A stretch of 64,000 nt of DNA, taken from contig CAQKRU010000003.1 of assembly GCA_948823415.1 (NCBI GenBank), positions 7,798-71,797 on the forward strand, written 5' to 3'. Below the pieces are notes generated by a model. It had not been told where the DNA came from. It worked only from the letters and a program-made list of their open reading frames with translations, and made no database searches. Below, in pieces: positions 1 through 9,090 of this stretch. Position numbers and translations under genes: made by a program. This stretch comes from an uncultured Eubacteriales bacterium. Lineage in GTDB: Bacteria; Bacillota; Clostridia; Oscillospirales; Acutalibacteraceae. Position 1 is the stretch's first letter. Each line of letters begins with the position of its first letter.

Positions 1-486
1 AAATTGATGTCTGCGGATTTGGTGATTTTTGTCCTTGATGGTTCAAGATCCTTGACAGACGGCGAAGTTGACCTACTTAATTCTATAAAAGAAAATAAAA
101 ACGTGCTGGCGGTTGTAAATAAATCTGACTTGAATCAGGTTTTGGACTGCGATGCTATTAAAAAATTTGTTAAAGATGTTGTTAAAATTTCGGCCAAAAC
201 TGGCGCTGGAGCTGAAGAGTTGGAGAAAAGCGTCCTGAAGATCCTTGAAGTGGCGCAGGTTGACCCTTCAGAGGGCATTTTGGTCTCGGAGCGACAATAT
301 TTTACGGTGAAAACTGCGCTGAAATCAGTTAAAGAAGCTTTGTCAGCTTTGGAGAGCGGCCTCACTTTGGACGCTGTGACGGTCTCGATAAACAGCGCTA
401 TTGACGAACTCTTAGTTTTGACTGGCGAAAAGGCGACTCAAGTGGTTGTGGATGAACTCTTTTCGAAGTTTTGCGTTGGAAAGTAA
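1..486 (+). CDS. mnmE: tRNA modification GTPase MnmE, C-terminal part (5' end lies outside the window)
   Basis: The ORF is open to the window edge. It has the G-domain NKSD motif and the family-typical C-terminus ...FCVGK*. mnmG-rsmG follow, as in the conserved origin-proximal cluster. Confidence 0.9.
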   Translation, partial: KLMSADLVIFVLDGSRSLTDGEVDLLNSIKENKNVLAVVNKSDLNQVLDCDAIKKFVKDVVKISAKTGAGAEELEKSVLKILEVAQVDPSEGILVSERQYFTVKTALKSVKEALSALESGLTLDAVTVSINSAIDELLVLTGEKATQVVVDELFSKFCVGK

Positions 487-543
487 AAGGCTGTAGACTC
501 AGTGTTCGTGCCGGTTTTAGAGAGATGAAAAAGAAGGGATATT

Positions 544-2424
544 TTGAAATTTTTTGCAGGAGAATACGATGTGGCGGTGATTGGCGCCGGTCACGCGGGC
601 ATAGAAGCGGCTTTGGCTGCGGCTCGGCTGGGCTGCAAGACGGCCGTCTTCACCATAAACATGGATGCAGTGGGGAATTGTCCATGTAATCCGTCTATTG
701 GAGGGACGGCGAAGGGCCATCTGGTGAGAGAAATCGATGCTTTGGGTGGAGAGATGGGCAAAACGGCGGACGAATGCTTTTTGCAGAGCCGGATGTTGAA
801 TCGCGGGAAGGGCCCTGCAGTGCACTCTTTGAGGGTTCAGATCGATCGAGAAAAATACAAGAGCACGATGAAATATAAGCTCGAGAGGCAGAAAAATTTG
901 CATCTTAGACAGGCCGAAATCGTTGAAATATCTAGGGCTGACGAGGATTTTTGGAGCTTAACTACGCGGATGGAGGCTATTTATCGCGCCAGGACTGTGA
1001 TTATTGCTACGGGGACGTACCTTAAAAGCAGGATTTTTGTGGGTGAGGTGTCTTTTGAGAGTGGTCCGGACGGGATTTTTCCTTCATCTTTTTTAAGTAA
1101 ATCTTTGGTAGAACTAGGAGTCCGGCTCCGTCGCTTTAAAACTGGCACTCCGGCACGGATTTTGCGGTCTAGTATAGATTTTTCTAAATTAGAAATTCAA
1201 AATGGTGACGAGAAAATTACGCCATTTTCTTACGAAAGCCGCGGGGGCGGGGGGAACAGGGTTTATTGCCATGTGGGGTACACGAGCGCGAGGACTCGCG
1301 AGGTAATTCTGCAGAATATTCACCGATCGCCGCTGTATGCGGGCTTGATTGAGGGCAAGGGGCCTCGATATTGTCCGAGCATCGAGGATAAATTCGTTCG
1401 ATTTGCAGATAAGGAGCGACATCAATTTTTTGTGGAGCCATGTGGTTTGAACACAGATGAGATGTACATTCAGGGGCTGTCGTCGTCGTTGCCGGAAGAT
1501 GTCCAAATTCAATTTTATCGATCGCTACCGGGCTTTGAGAATGCGATATTGATGCGGCCTGCGTATGCTATCGAGTATGATTGCATTGATCCGTTGCAGT
1601 TGAATTCTACCTTGGAATTTGCCGAACTGCCGGGATTGTTCGGCGCAGGGCAATTTAATGGAAGCTCAGGGTACGAGGAAGCTGCGGCTCAGGGGTTAAT
1701 AGCCGGGATTAACGCAGCACAGAAGGTAAAAAATCGGCCACCGCTGGAGTTGGACCGATCCACATCGTATATAGGCACGCTGATCGACGATTTGGTCACA
1801 AAGGGAGTCAGCGACCCGTACAGAATGATGACGTCGCGCTCGGAGTATCGGTTGGTTTTGCGGCAGGATAACGCGGACGAACGATTGACGCCGATTGGAC
1901 GCGAGGTAGGACTAATCTCCGACGAACGATGGGAAGTGTTTGAAGAGAAGCAATTAACAAAAAAAAGAGAGCTCGAACGCATAAAAAATGTAGTAATACC
2001 GCCGTCCGTGGAGGTTAACGCGACGCTTGTTTCACGTGAAACATCTGAAATTTCTACTGGCACACGGATGGTTGATCTGCTAAAAAGACCGCAAATTACC
2101 TATGATTGCTTGCAGGGATTTGACCTAAATCGTCCTGAGATCGACGAAGAAATCTTCGAGCAAATCGAAGTAGAAATAAAATACGAGGGGTACATAAAAA
2201 AGCAGCTGTCGCAAATCGAAGCCATGAAGCGGCTGGAGTCAAAAAAGTTGCCAACGGATGTCGATTATTCGCAGGTTGTGGGGCTTCGACTGGAGGCAGT
2301 CGAAAAATTAAACCTAGTGAAGCCAGAGAACATCGAGCAAGCTTCAAGAATTTCTGGCGTGAGTCCTGCAGATATCTCAGTTTTGCTGATTTGGATAAAG
2401 CAAAAATCGCAAAGGAGTGGATAA
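544..2424 (+). CDS. mnmG: tRNA uridine 5-carboxymethylaminomethyl modification enzyme MnmG (GidA)
   Basis: 626-aa ORF with a TTG start. The N-terminal FAD fingerprint DVAVIGAGHAGIEAA is present, the length is full GidA-like, and it sits between mnmE and rsmG. Confidence 0.95.
   Translation: MKFFAGEYDVAVIGAGHAGIEAALAAARLGCKTAVFTINMDAVGNCPCNPSIGGTAKGHLVREIDALGGEMGKTADECFLQSRMLNRGKGPAVHSLRVQIDREKYKSTMKYKLERQKNLHLRQAEIVEISRADEDFWSLTTRMEAIYRARTVIIATGTYLKSRIFVGEVSFESGPDGIFPSSFLSKSLVELGVRLRRFKTGTPARILRSSIDFSKLEIQNGDEKITPFSYESRGGGGNRVYCHVGYTSARTREVILQNIHRSPLYAGLIEGKGPRYCPSIEDKFVRFADKERHQFFVEPCGLNTDEMYIQGLSSSLPEDVQIQFYRSLPGFENAILMRPAYAIEYDCIDPLQLNSTLEFAELPGLFGAGQFNGSSGYEEAAAQGLIAGINAAQKVKNRPPLELDRSTSYIGTLIDDLVTKGVSDPYRMMTSRSEYRLVLRQDNADERLTPIGREVGLISDERWEVFEEKQLTKKRELERIKNVVIPPSVEVNATLVSRETSEISTGTRMVDLLKRPQITYDCLQGFDLNRPEIDEEIFEQIEVEIKYEGYIKKQLSQIEAMKRLESKKLPTDVDYSQVVGLRLEAVEKLNLVKPENIEQASRISGVSPADISVLLIWIKQKSQRSG
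2028..2043. promoter_or_regulatory. parS centromere-like site (perfect TGTTTCACGTGAAACA) inside the mnmG coding sequence
   Basis: Exact 16-bp palindrome matching the Firmicute parS consensus TGTTNCACGTGAAACA, read directly from the sequence. Confidence 0.8.
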
Positions 2425-2426
2425 AA

Positions 2427-3140
2427 ATGGAGAATAGCTTTGTTGAATTTGAGCAAATTTTGAAAAAAAGCAACCTTGAAATATCGGAGCAAATGGTCGA
2501 AATGTTCGAAAAATACGCAGATTTGTTAATAGAATGGAACAAAAAAATGAACTTGACGGCCATAACAGAACCGCGAGAAATCGCCGTTAAGCACTTTTTG
2601 GACAGCTTATTAACGCTTGACGTGTTTGAAATTCCGCACGGAGCAGCTGTTATAGATGTAGGCACAGGCGCGGGGTTTCCGGGAGTACCCATCAAAATTG
2701 TCCGGCCAGATGTTGACTTGACGCTGCTTGACAGCCTTAACAAGCGAATAAAGTTTTTGGAAGAATTGAAAAATTATTTGAAAGTTGATGTGAAGTTAAT
2801 TCACTCAAGGGCAGAAGAAGCGGCTCAAAAAGAAAATTTACGAGAATGCTTTGATGTCGCAGTATCACGCGCGGTTGCGCCTTTAAATGTTTTACTAGAA
2901 TATTGCATGCCGTTTGTGAAAGTTGGTGGAATTTTTGTTGCGCTAAAGGGTAAGAATTCCCAGTCTGAGCTAGATTTGGCTCAAAATGCGATGAAGGTTT
3001 TGAATGCAGAGATTTTCACACAAAAGAGTTTTAGTTTAGTGACTGAAAATGATCGAAATATAATTGTTTTTAAGAAAGTGGCGAAAAATTCGGAGATTTA
3101 TCCTCGAAATAGCGCGAAAATTAAGAAAAAACCATTATAA
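2427..3140 (+). CDS. rsmG: 16S rRNA (guanine527-N7)-methyltransferase RsmG (GidB)
   Basis: ATG at 2427 is preceded by AAAGGAG. The SAM-binding motif VIDVGTGAGFPG is present. Position directly after mnmG. Confidence 0.9.
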   Translation: MENSFVEFEQILKKSNLEISEQMVEMFEKYADLLIEWNKKMNLTAITEPREIAVKHFLDSLLTLDVFEIPHGAAVIDVGTGAGFPGVPIKIVRPDVDLTLLDSLNKRIKFLEELKNYLKVDVKLIHSRAEEAAQKENLRECFDVAVSRAVAPLNVLLEYCMPFVKVGGIFVALKGKNSQSELDLAQNAMKVLNAEIFTQKSFSLVTENDRNIIVFKKVAKNSEIYPRNSAKIKKKPL

Positions 3141-3256
3141 AAAAGCATAATTAAATTTCTAAAAGAGAAAAATTTTTTACCTACACAAAAGGGTAAGAAA
3201 TTCTTTTTTTTTATGTTATCATCGAGGTAAATCAGCGTTGCGCAGGGGGGATTCTT

Positions 3257-4081
3257 TTGTTTTGTTTTCAAAATTCGGACAAAATTCGCAGCATACCGGT
3301 GATCCAGATTGAGCCGAGTCGCTCTCAGCCGAGGATTTGCTTCTCTAAAGAGGCTTTGGCGGGACTTTCTCGGAGCATCAGGGAAAATGGGATCTTGCAG
3401 CCGATTTCGGTTAGGAGAGTTTTCGCATCTAAATTTGAGTTAGTTGCAGGAGAGAGACGTCTTCGAGCCGCGATAATGGCGGGATTTAAGACGGTTCCGT
3501 GCGTGATTTTGGATTGCGACGAGACTCAGGCGGCAGTTTTTGCTTTGTTAGAAAATTTGCAGCGAGCGAATTTAAACATGTTTGAAGAGGCCGAAGCGAT
3601 GCGGAATTTGATTGAAATTTGGGGATTGACGCAAGAATCAGCCGCGAAAAAGATGGGGAAAAAGCAGTCAACAATCGCGAACAAATTAAGACTTTTGAAG
3701 CTGGATGATGAAGAACGAGCATTGATAAAAAAGGCGAACTTGAGCGAGCGGCATGCTAGAGCCATTTTAAAGCTCGGAAGCAAGGAACAACGCAAATTGA
3801 TGATAAAAAAGATAGCTGAAAAAAATCTAAATGTGTTGGACACGGAAGCTTTAATTGAATCAATTTTGAAGGGCGACGTGTTAGGATCTTTTGAAAATTC
3901 TGATAAAAAATTTGTTGTTAAAGATTTAAACTTTTTTAAAAATGCTATCAATGACGCTTTGGACTTGATGAAGATATCTCGGGAGGGCGTACAGTATATT
4001 CACAACGAGACGGATGAATATTTGGAATATATGGTTAAAATCCCGAAGGGACGGGACTCTAAGAAGGTAGAAAGCGCATGA
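3257..4081 (+). CDS. ParB-family protein, Noc (nucleoid occlusion)-like by position
   Basis: ParB-box motifs (GILQPISVRR, LVAGERRLRAA) are present. TTG start 6 nt after a GGGGGG tract. It occupies the noc slot between rsmG and parA, but Noc versus a second ParB cannot be separated by eye. Confidence 0.75.
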   Translation: MFCFQNSDKIRSIPVIQIEPSRSQPRICFSKEALAGLSRSIRENGILQPISVRRVFASKFELVAGERRLRAAIMAGFKTVPCVILDCDETQAAVFALLENLQRANLNMFEEAEAMRNLIEIWGLTQESAAKKMGKKQSTIANKLRLLKLDDEERALIKKANLSERHARAILKLGSKEQRKLMIKKIAEKNLNVLDTEALIESILKGDVLGSFENSDKKFVVKDLNFFKNAINDALDLMKISREGVQYIHNETDEYLEYMVKIPKGRDSKKVESA

Positions 4082-4101
4082 TTTCTAGTTTGAGTCAAAG
4101 A

Positions 4102-4117
4102 TGTTTCACGTGAAACA
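4102..4117. promoter_or_regulatory. parS site (perfect TGTTTCACGTGAAACA)
   Basis: Exact palindrome in the noc-like/parA intergenic region. Confidence 0.85.
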
Positions 4118-4142
4118 TCTTTTTTTGCGCCCAGGTTTGCAA

Positions 4143-4158
4143 TGTTTCACGTGAAACT
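4143..4158. promoter_or_regulatory. parS site (TGTTTCACGTGAAACT, 15/16)
   Basis: Second copy 41 bp downstream of the first, in the same intergenic region. Confidence 0.75.
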
Positions 4159-4231
4159 TTTGAGATTTTTCTTGCAAAAAATTTTGTGTGTGGTATAATT
4201 AGTGTAAACCGTGAAAAAAAGGGGGCGCACG

Positions 4232-5014
4232 ATGAAGAAGATAATCGCGATAACGAACCAAAAAGGTGGCGTGGGAAAGACCACGACGGCGGTGAATTTG
4301 GCGGCCGCTTTGGGAAAGTCTAGGGAAAAAGTTTTGCTGGTGGACATGGATCCGCAGGGCAACACGACGAGCGGCGTGGGGGTTGACAAGGCGAAGCTGA
4401 AGTGCTCGGTTTATAACGTTTTGCTCGATGTGGACAGGGTCAATGAGGCCATTATCAAGACGGGCTTCGATAATTTGGACATTTTGCCTGCGAACATAGA
4501 TTTGGCCGGGGCGGAGATTGAGTTAGCGAATTTGGAGAATCGAGAGTCGAAGTTGAGCCAAGCAATCGCGCCAGTTCTGCGTTCGTATGATTACATTATT
4601 ATTGATTGCCCGCCCTCTTTGGGGCTGATCACCACGAATGCTTTGAGTTTTTGCGATTCCATTTTGGTGCCGATTCAGTGCGAGTTTTACGCTTTGGAGG
4701 GGCTTTCTCAGCTGATGAGCACGGTGCGCCTGGTTAAGCGGACTTATAATCCGGATTTGGACGTGGAGGGCGTGCTTTTGACGATGTTCGATGCGCGACT
4801 CAAGCTGAATCAGCAGGTGGCCGAGGAAGTCAAGAATTATTTCGATCAGAAGGTGTTCAAGACGTTCATTCCGCGGACGGTGAAGCTTTCGGAAGCGCCG
4901 AGCTTTGGGAAGCCGGCCATATATTATGATAAGCACGGAAAGGGCTCGCGCGCGTACTTGAAGCTGGCGAAGGAGCTCATAAAGCGCGCCAAGAAGAGGG
5001 GAGATGGCAAGTGA
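4232..5014 (+). CDS. parA: Chromosome partitioning ATPase ParA/Soj
   Basis: Deviant Walker A KGGVGKTT. ATG at 4232 follows a GGGGG tract. Its stop overlaps the parB start (ATGA). Confidence 0.95.
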   Translation: MKKIIAITNQKGGVGKTTTAVNLAAALGKSREKVLLVDMDPQGNTTSGVGVDKAKLKCSVYNVLLDVDRVNEAIIKTGFDNLDILPANIDLAGAEIELANLENRESKLSQAIAPVLRSYDYIIIDCPPSLGLITTNALSFCDSILVPIQCEFYALEGLSQLMSTVRLVKRTYNPDLDVEGVLLTMFDARLKLNQQVAEEVKNYFDQKVFKTFIPRTVKLSEAPSFGKPAIYYDKHGKGSRAYLKLAKELIKRAKKRGDGK

Positions 5015-5892
5015 TGGCGAAGAAAAGAGGCGGACTGGGCAAGGGACTGGACGCGATTTTTTTGGAAAACGCGACGGGAGACAAAGCGTCGGTGATGTTG
5101 AAGATCTCCGAAATAGAGCCAAACAGAGCTCAACCGAGGACCGATTTTGACGAGGAAGCATTGGCGGAGTTGGCAGATTCCATCGCGCAGCACGGCGTTT
5201 TACAGCCACTTTTGGTGAGGCCTGTGTCGGGTGGAGAATTTTATCAGATAGTGGCGGGGGAACGCCGCTGGAGGGCATCTCGTATTGCTGGACTGAGCGA
5301 AGTCCCTGTTGTAATCCGGGAGCTTTCGGATGGCGAAGTCATGCAGCTGGCCTTGATAGAAAACCTGCAGCGCGAGGATCTCTCGCCCGTTGAGGAGGCT
5401 TTGGGGTACAAGTCTTTGATCGAAAATTACGATCTCACGCAGGACGAAGTCGCTAAGACTGTTGGAAAGTCCCGCTCTACCGTCACTAACGCCATCAGAC
5501 TATTGGGACTGCCGCAATCTGTGCTAGATTTGCTCTCGGAGGGCGCCTTGACTTCTGGTCACGCGCGGGCTTTGCTTAGTTTGAAAAACGCTGCAGACAT
5601 CGAGAAGGTCGCCAACAAGGCTGTGGAGGAATCCCTCTCGGTTAGAGAGGTTGAGAAGATTTGCAAGGACCTTTTGGAGGCCTCTACTGCGGGCCCTAAG
5701 AAAAAGTCGAAGACGCTGAAGAAGAGGAATCCTTTTTTTGACGAGGTGGAAATTTCGTTAAAAGAAATTTTGGGTCGGAGGGTCAAAGTTAAGGAAAAAC
5801 CGCGCAAAAACAAAGGTGTGATCGAGATTGAGTTCTATAACAATGACGATCTGGCCAGTATTGCTCAGGGTTTGGGAGAAATTAATTTGTGA
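5014..5892 (+). CDS. parB: Chromosome partitioning protein ParB/Spo0J
   Basis: ParB motifs GVLQPLLVRP and IVAGERRWRAS are present, plus an HTH region. Translationally coupled to parA. Confidence 0.95.
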   Translation: MAKKRGGLGKGLDAIFLENATGDKASVMLKISEIEPNRAQPRTDFDEEALAELADSIAQHGVLQPLLVRPVSGGEFYQIVAGERRWRASRIAGLSEVPVVIRELSDGEVMQLALIENLQREDLSPVEEALGYKSLIENYDLTQDEVAKTVGKSRSTVTNAIRLLGLPQSVLDLLSEGALTSGHARALLSLKNAADIEKVANKAVEESLSVREVEKICKDLLEASTAGPKKKSKTLKKRNPFFDEVEISLKEILGRRVKVKEKPRKNKGVIEIEFYNNDDLASIAQGLGEINL

Positions 5893-5904
5893 GGAAGTGC
5901 TTTT

Positions 5905-7176
5905 ATGCTTGATATAAAGTTTATTCGCGAGAATCCGGATGTGGTGAAGGCCGCGATGAAGAGCCGCAACGCTAATATGGATGCGGAGATTGACGAAATT
6001 CTGCGGTTTGACAGAGTTCGGCGGGAGTTGACGGCTAAAGTTGAGGCGATGAAGTCCGAGCAGAACGCGGTGACGAAGAAGATTCCGCAGATGAAGAAAA
6101 ATGGTGAGGATACGTCGCAAGTGATGCGGGAGATGAAGGTTTTGTCCGATGAGATCTCGGGTTTGGACGGGGAGCTTAGTGATGTTGAAAAAAGCTTGCG
6201 GGATCGGCTTCTTACTATTCCGAATATCCCGAATGAGACCGTGCCGATGGGCGTTGATGATTCCGATAACGTTGAAGTTCGGCGTTGGGGCGAGCTTAGA
6301 GACTTTGGATTTTCTCCGAAGGCGCACTGGGACTTGGGTAGAGACCTGAATATTTTGGACCCGAAGCGGGCTGCCAAGGTTACCGGTGCGAGATTCCACT
6401 TTTACAGAGGCCTTGGCGCACGGCTTGAGCGCGCGATCATAAACTTTTTCTTGGATACTCACACAAGCCGCGGGTACACTGAGATTTTGCCGCCGGATAT
6501 CGTTAATCGTGCCGCTATGACGGGCACGGGACAGCTTCCAAAGTTTGAAGAAGATGCATTTAAGCTTGCGAATGACGATTATTTCTTGATTTCTACGGCG
6601 GAGATTCCGCTGACGAACTACCATCGCGAGGAGATTTTGGATGGAAACGCTTTGCCGATAAAATATTGCGCGTATTCGGCGTGTTTTCGGGCTGAGGCTG
6701 GGTCGGCGGGCAGGGATACTCGCGGGTTGGTCCGGCAGCACCAGTTTAACAAGGTCGAGATGGTGAAGTTTGCGCGGCCGGACGCCTCTTACGACGAGTT
6801 GGAGAAGCTGACGGCGGATGCGGAGAACGTTTTGCAGCTTTTGGGGTTGCCGTATCGAGTGGTTTGCCTTTCTACCGGGGATTTGGGCTTTTGCGCGGCC
6901 AAGACGTACGATGTGGAGGTCTGGATGCCCTCTTACGACCGGTATGTTGAGATTTCGTCTTGCTCGAACTGTGAGGATTACCAGGCGCGGCGGGCTTCGA
7001 TTCGGTTTAAGGATGACAAAGCGGACAAGGCCAAGTTTGTGCATACTTTGAATGGCTCTGGGCTGGCTGTAGGCCGCACTGTGGCAGCGATTTTGGAAAA
7101 TTACCAAGAGGCAGACGGCAGTGTGACGGTTCCGGAAGTTTTGAGTTCTTATATGAACGTAAGTAAAATCGGCTAA
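5905..7176 (+). CDS. serS: Seryl-tRNA synthetase
   Basis: 423 aa with an N-terminal coiled-coil arm and class II core motifs ([33 protein letters not shown]). Confidence 0.95.
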   Translation: MLDIKFIRENPDVVKAAMKSRNANMDAEIDEILRFDRVRRELTAKVEAMKSEQNAVTKKIPQMKKNGEDTSQVMREMKVLSDEISGLDGELSDVEKSLRDRLLTIPNIPNETVPMGVDDSDNVEVRRWGELRDFGFSPKAHWDLGRDLNILDPKRAAKVTGARFHFYRGLGARLERAIINFFLDTHTSRGYTEILPPDIVNRAAMTGTGQLPKFEEDAFKLANDDYFLISTAEIPLTNYHREEILDGNALPIKYCAYSACFRAEAGSAGRDTRGLVRQHQFNKVEMVKFARPDASYDELEKLTADAENVLQLLGLPYRVVCLSTGDLGFCAAKTYDVEVWMPSYDRYVEISSCSNCEDYQARRASIRFKDDKADKAKFVHTLNGSGLAVGRTVAAILENYQEADGSVTVPEVLSSYMNVSKIG

Positions 7177-7215
7177 GCGGCGCACTATACTGCGTGCCGC
7201 CGCATGACCACAAAA

Positions 7216-7248
7216 AGAGCATCTCAATCGGATGCTCTTTCTTTATTT
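7216..7248. terminator. Rho-independent terminator between convergent serS and the DUF3048 gene
   Basis: Stem AGAGCATC/GATGCTCT with a 7-nt loop. An A-tract lies upstream and a T-tract downstream, so it could act in both directions. Confidence 0.7.
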
Positions 7249-7260
7249 GGTTTGACGAGG

Positions 7261-8310
7261 TTACTCAATGTCCGCGCGGGCCCACTGGGCTAGCAGACAT
7301 GTGTAGATCTTGCCGGGCAGCATAGTGAGTGGGGTTCCGTCGTTAGTGAAGTAGGAGAATGGCGATGTATCGGTATCTCGGGCCCAGGTGATGTCGATGC
7401 ATTTGCCGTGAGAGATGTATTTTCCGGTGCCGCGGCCGATGATGTCGAGCGCGAGAAGCTCGGTATTATCGATGTTTTGGCCCGAAACGTTCATCAAAAT
7501 GATGTTCGGCTTGCTGTTCTGCCTTTTGACGTTGTCGTCCATCTGAGGGCGATTAAACTGGGAAATTAGGTAGGTCTGAGTGGGCTCGTCGTAGGCAAAA
7601 ACGGTGCTCTTGTAGCCCGAAAACTTAGCGGTGACCTTTGTAGCGGTCGTGCCGCCTAGAACTTGCGAATCATCGCCGAATCTCTGCGGGTAGGAGTAAT
7701 CCGTGTTCCACTGAGTGCGAAAATCGTGGGCTTTGATGCCCTCGCCGAGCTTCTCGCCAGACGTTAGGGCACTGTGCTCGAGACCCAGATTTTTACGTCT
7801 GGCCGGGTCTCGCCACATGAACTGACCCTTGATAAGGTCGATAGAATCGATGTAGCCGCTCTTCAGGATGCTGTAAGCGTGCGTGCTGCCGCCCAGGTGA
7901 ACGTAGATGGCGTCGAGGCTCTTAGCAATGCTGATGAAATACGGTCGAGAACTGCGCACGCTGCCGATGGCCGGAACTGCAGAGGGATCTTTAAACACGC
8001 CCAAAATCCGAGTTATACCGCCTTCTGTGGGGCATTCGTAAATTATATCTGCCTCTGTGACGCCTAGGAGGGGCTGTCCGGAATGCAGATTGTTTATCAT
8101 GATAGCTACGGGACGATTATTCACTTTGCCTGCGTCGACAGGGAGCCCGGTCAGAGGGTTTTTGCTCGGGTTTTCAGCACGGACTTCCTCGCTTTGTGAA
8201 TATTCTGTAACGGAATTATTTTTCTGATTTAGAAAAAAGAATCCGGCAGCTGCAACAATAATTATAATGGGAAAAACTGCCACAACAACGATTTTTGACA
8301 TATTTTTCAT
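7261..8310 (-). CDS. DUF3048 (YerB-like) membrane-anchored protein
   Basis: ATG at 8310 with GGAGG upstream. N-terminal TM segment, and the motifs NRPVAIMINN...ITRILGVF...VRSSRPYF resemble B. subtilis YerB. The longer ORF to 8595 lacks an RBS and overlaps the ppa start. Confidence 0.75.
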   Translation of the reverse strand: MKNMSKIVVVAVFPIIIIVAAAGFFFLNQKNNSVTEYSQSEEVRAENPSKNPLTGLPVDAGKVNNRPVAIMINNLHSGQPLLGVTEADIIYECPTEGGITRILGVFKDPSAVPAIGSVRSSRPYFISIAKSLDAIYVHLGGSTHAYSILKSGYIDSIDLIKGQFMWRDPARRKNLGLEHSALTSGEKLGEGIKAHDFRTQWNTDYSYPQRFGDDSQVLGGTTATKVTAKFSGYKSTVFAYDEPTQTYLISQFNRPQMDDNVKRQNSKPNIILMNVSGQNIDNTELLALDIIGRGTGKYISHGKCIDITWARDTDTSPFSYFTNDGTPLTMLPGKIYTCLLAQWARADIE

Positions 8311-8442
8311 TTTTTGGCCTCCAAATATGTGATTTTTAATGTGAAAATTAGGCTTTTTTACAGATTTTATCAAAATTAATTTACAAATAGCCGAAATGTG
8401 TGGTATAATGGTCGTATCGAGATTTTTTGAAGGAGCTGTAAT

Positions 8443-8970
8443 ATGAATATTTGGCATGATATGAGCGCCGAGCGGGTTTCTGCGAGCAGTTTTATGGCCG
8501 TTATCGAGATTCCGCGGGGCTGCAAGACGAAATATGAGCTGGACAAGCAGACTGGAATGCTGACTTTGGACCGCGTGTTGTATACTTCGATGCAATATCC
8601 GGCGAGCTACGGGTTTATTCCGCGGACGTATTCTGAGGATGGCGATCCGTTGGACGTTTTGGTGCTTTGCTCAGAAGAGGTTTATCCATTAACGCTGGTA
8701 AAATGCTATCCTATCGGGATTCTCTCTATGGTTGACGATGGCGAAAACGACGAAAAGATCATTGCGGTGCCGTTTAAGGACCCTATGTATAACGGATACA
8801 AGGATATAAGCGAGCTGCCGCGGCACATTTTTGACGAGATGAACCACTTTTTTACCCGGTACAAAGAGCTGGAGGGCAAGAAAACGTCGGTAGAGTCGAT
8901 AAAAGGTGCTGGAGAGGCTCGCGGGGTTATCGAGCAGTGCATCGAGGCGTACAAAAAGAAGTTCTGCTAA
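8443..8970 (+). CDS. ppa: Inorganic pyrophosphatase, family I
   Basis: 175 aa with the motifs EIPRG..KYE and YPASYGFIPRT...DGDPLDVLVL. Confidence 0.9.
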   Translation: MNIWHDMSAERVSASSFMAVIEIPRGCKTKYELDKQTGMLTLDRVLYTSMQYPASYGFIPRTYSEDGDPLDVLVLCSEEVYPLTLVKCYPIGILSMVDDGENDEKIIAVPFKDPMYNGYKDISELPRHIFDEMNHFFTRYKELEGKKTSVESIKGAGEARGVIEQCIEAYKKKFC

Positions 8971-9038
8971 TGGCGGAACAGTCGGCATGTCTCGTTTTAT
9001 AGTATGCGCCGGGCCGCGAAATTATGGCACCCATGGCA

Positions 9039-9078
9039 AAAGGCATTTCTTTTAATTAAGAAATGCCTTTCTTATTTG
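9039..9078. terminator. Bidirectional rho-independent terminator
   Basis: 13-bp perfect stem AAAGGCATTTCTT/AAGAAATGCCTTT with a TTAATT loop, followed by a T-rich tail. It lies between convergent genes. Confidence 0.75.
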
Positions 9079-9090
9079 ATTTTGCCGGGG

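Noticed and set aside
5758-7227. 489-aa ORF antisense to the whole of serS. Similar long antisense ORFs occur opposite rpoC (43954-45633, 559 aa), rpoB (40014-41123; 39357-39977), gltX (53341-54120), glnS (55482-56342), parA (4523-5278) and mnmG/rsmG (2096-2743).
   Set aside because: All lie exactly opposite strongly supported conserved genes. Their translations are low-complexity R/L/P/H-rich with no motifs and no RBS. Long stop-free antisense frames are expected from the codon bias of the GC-richer core genes.
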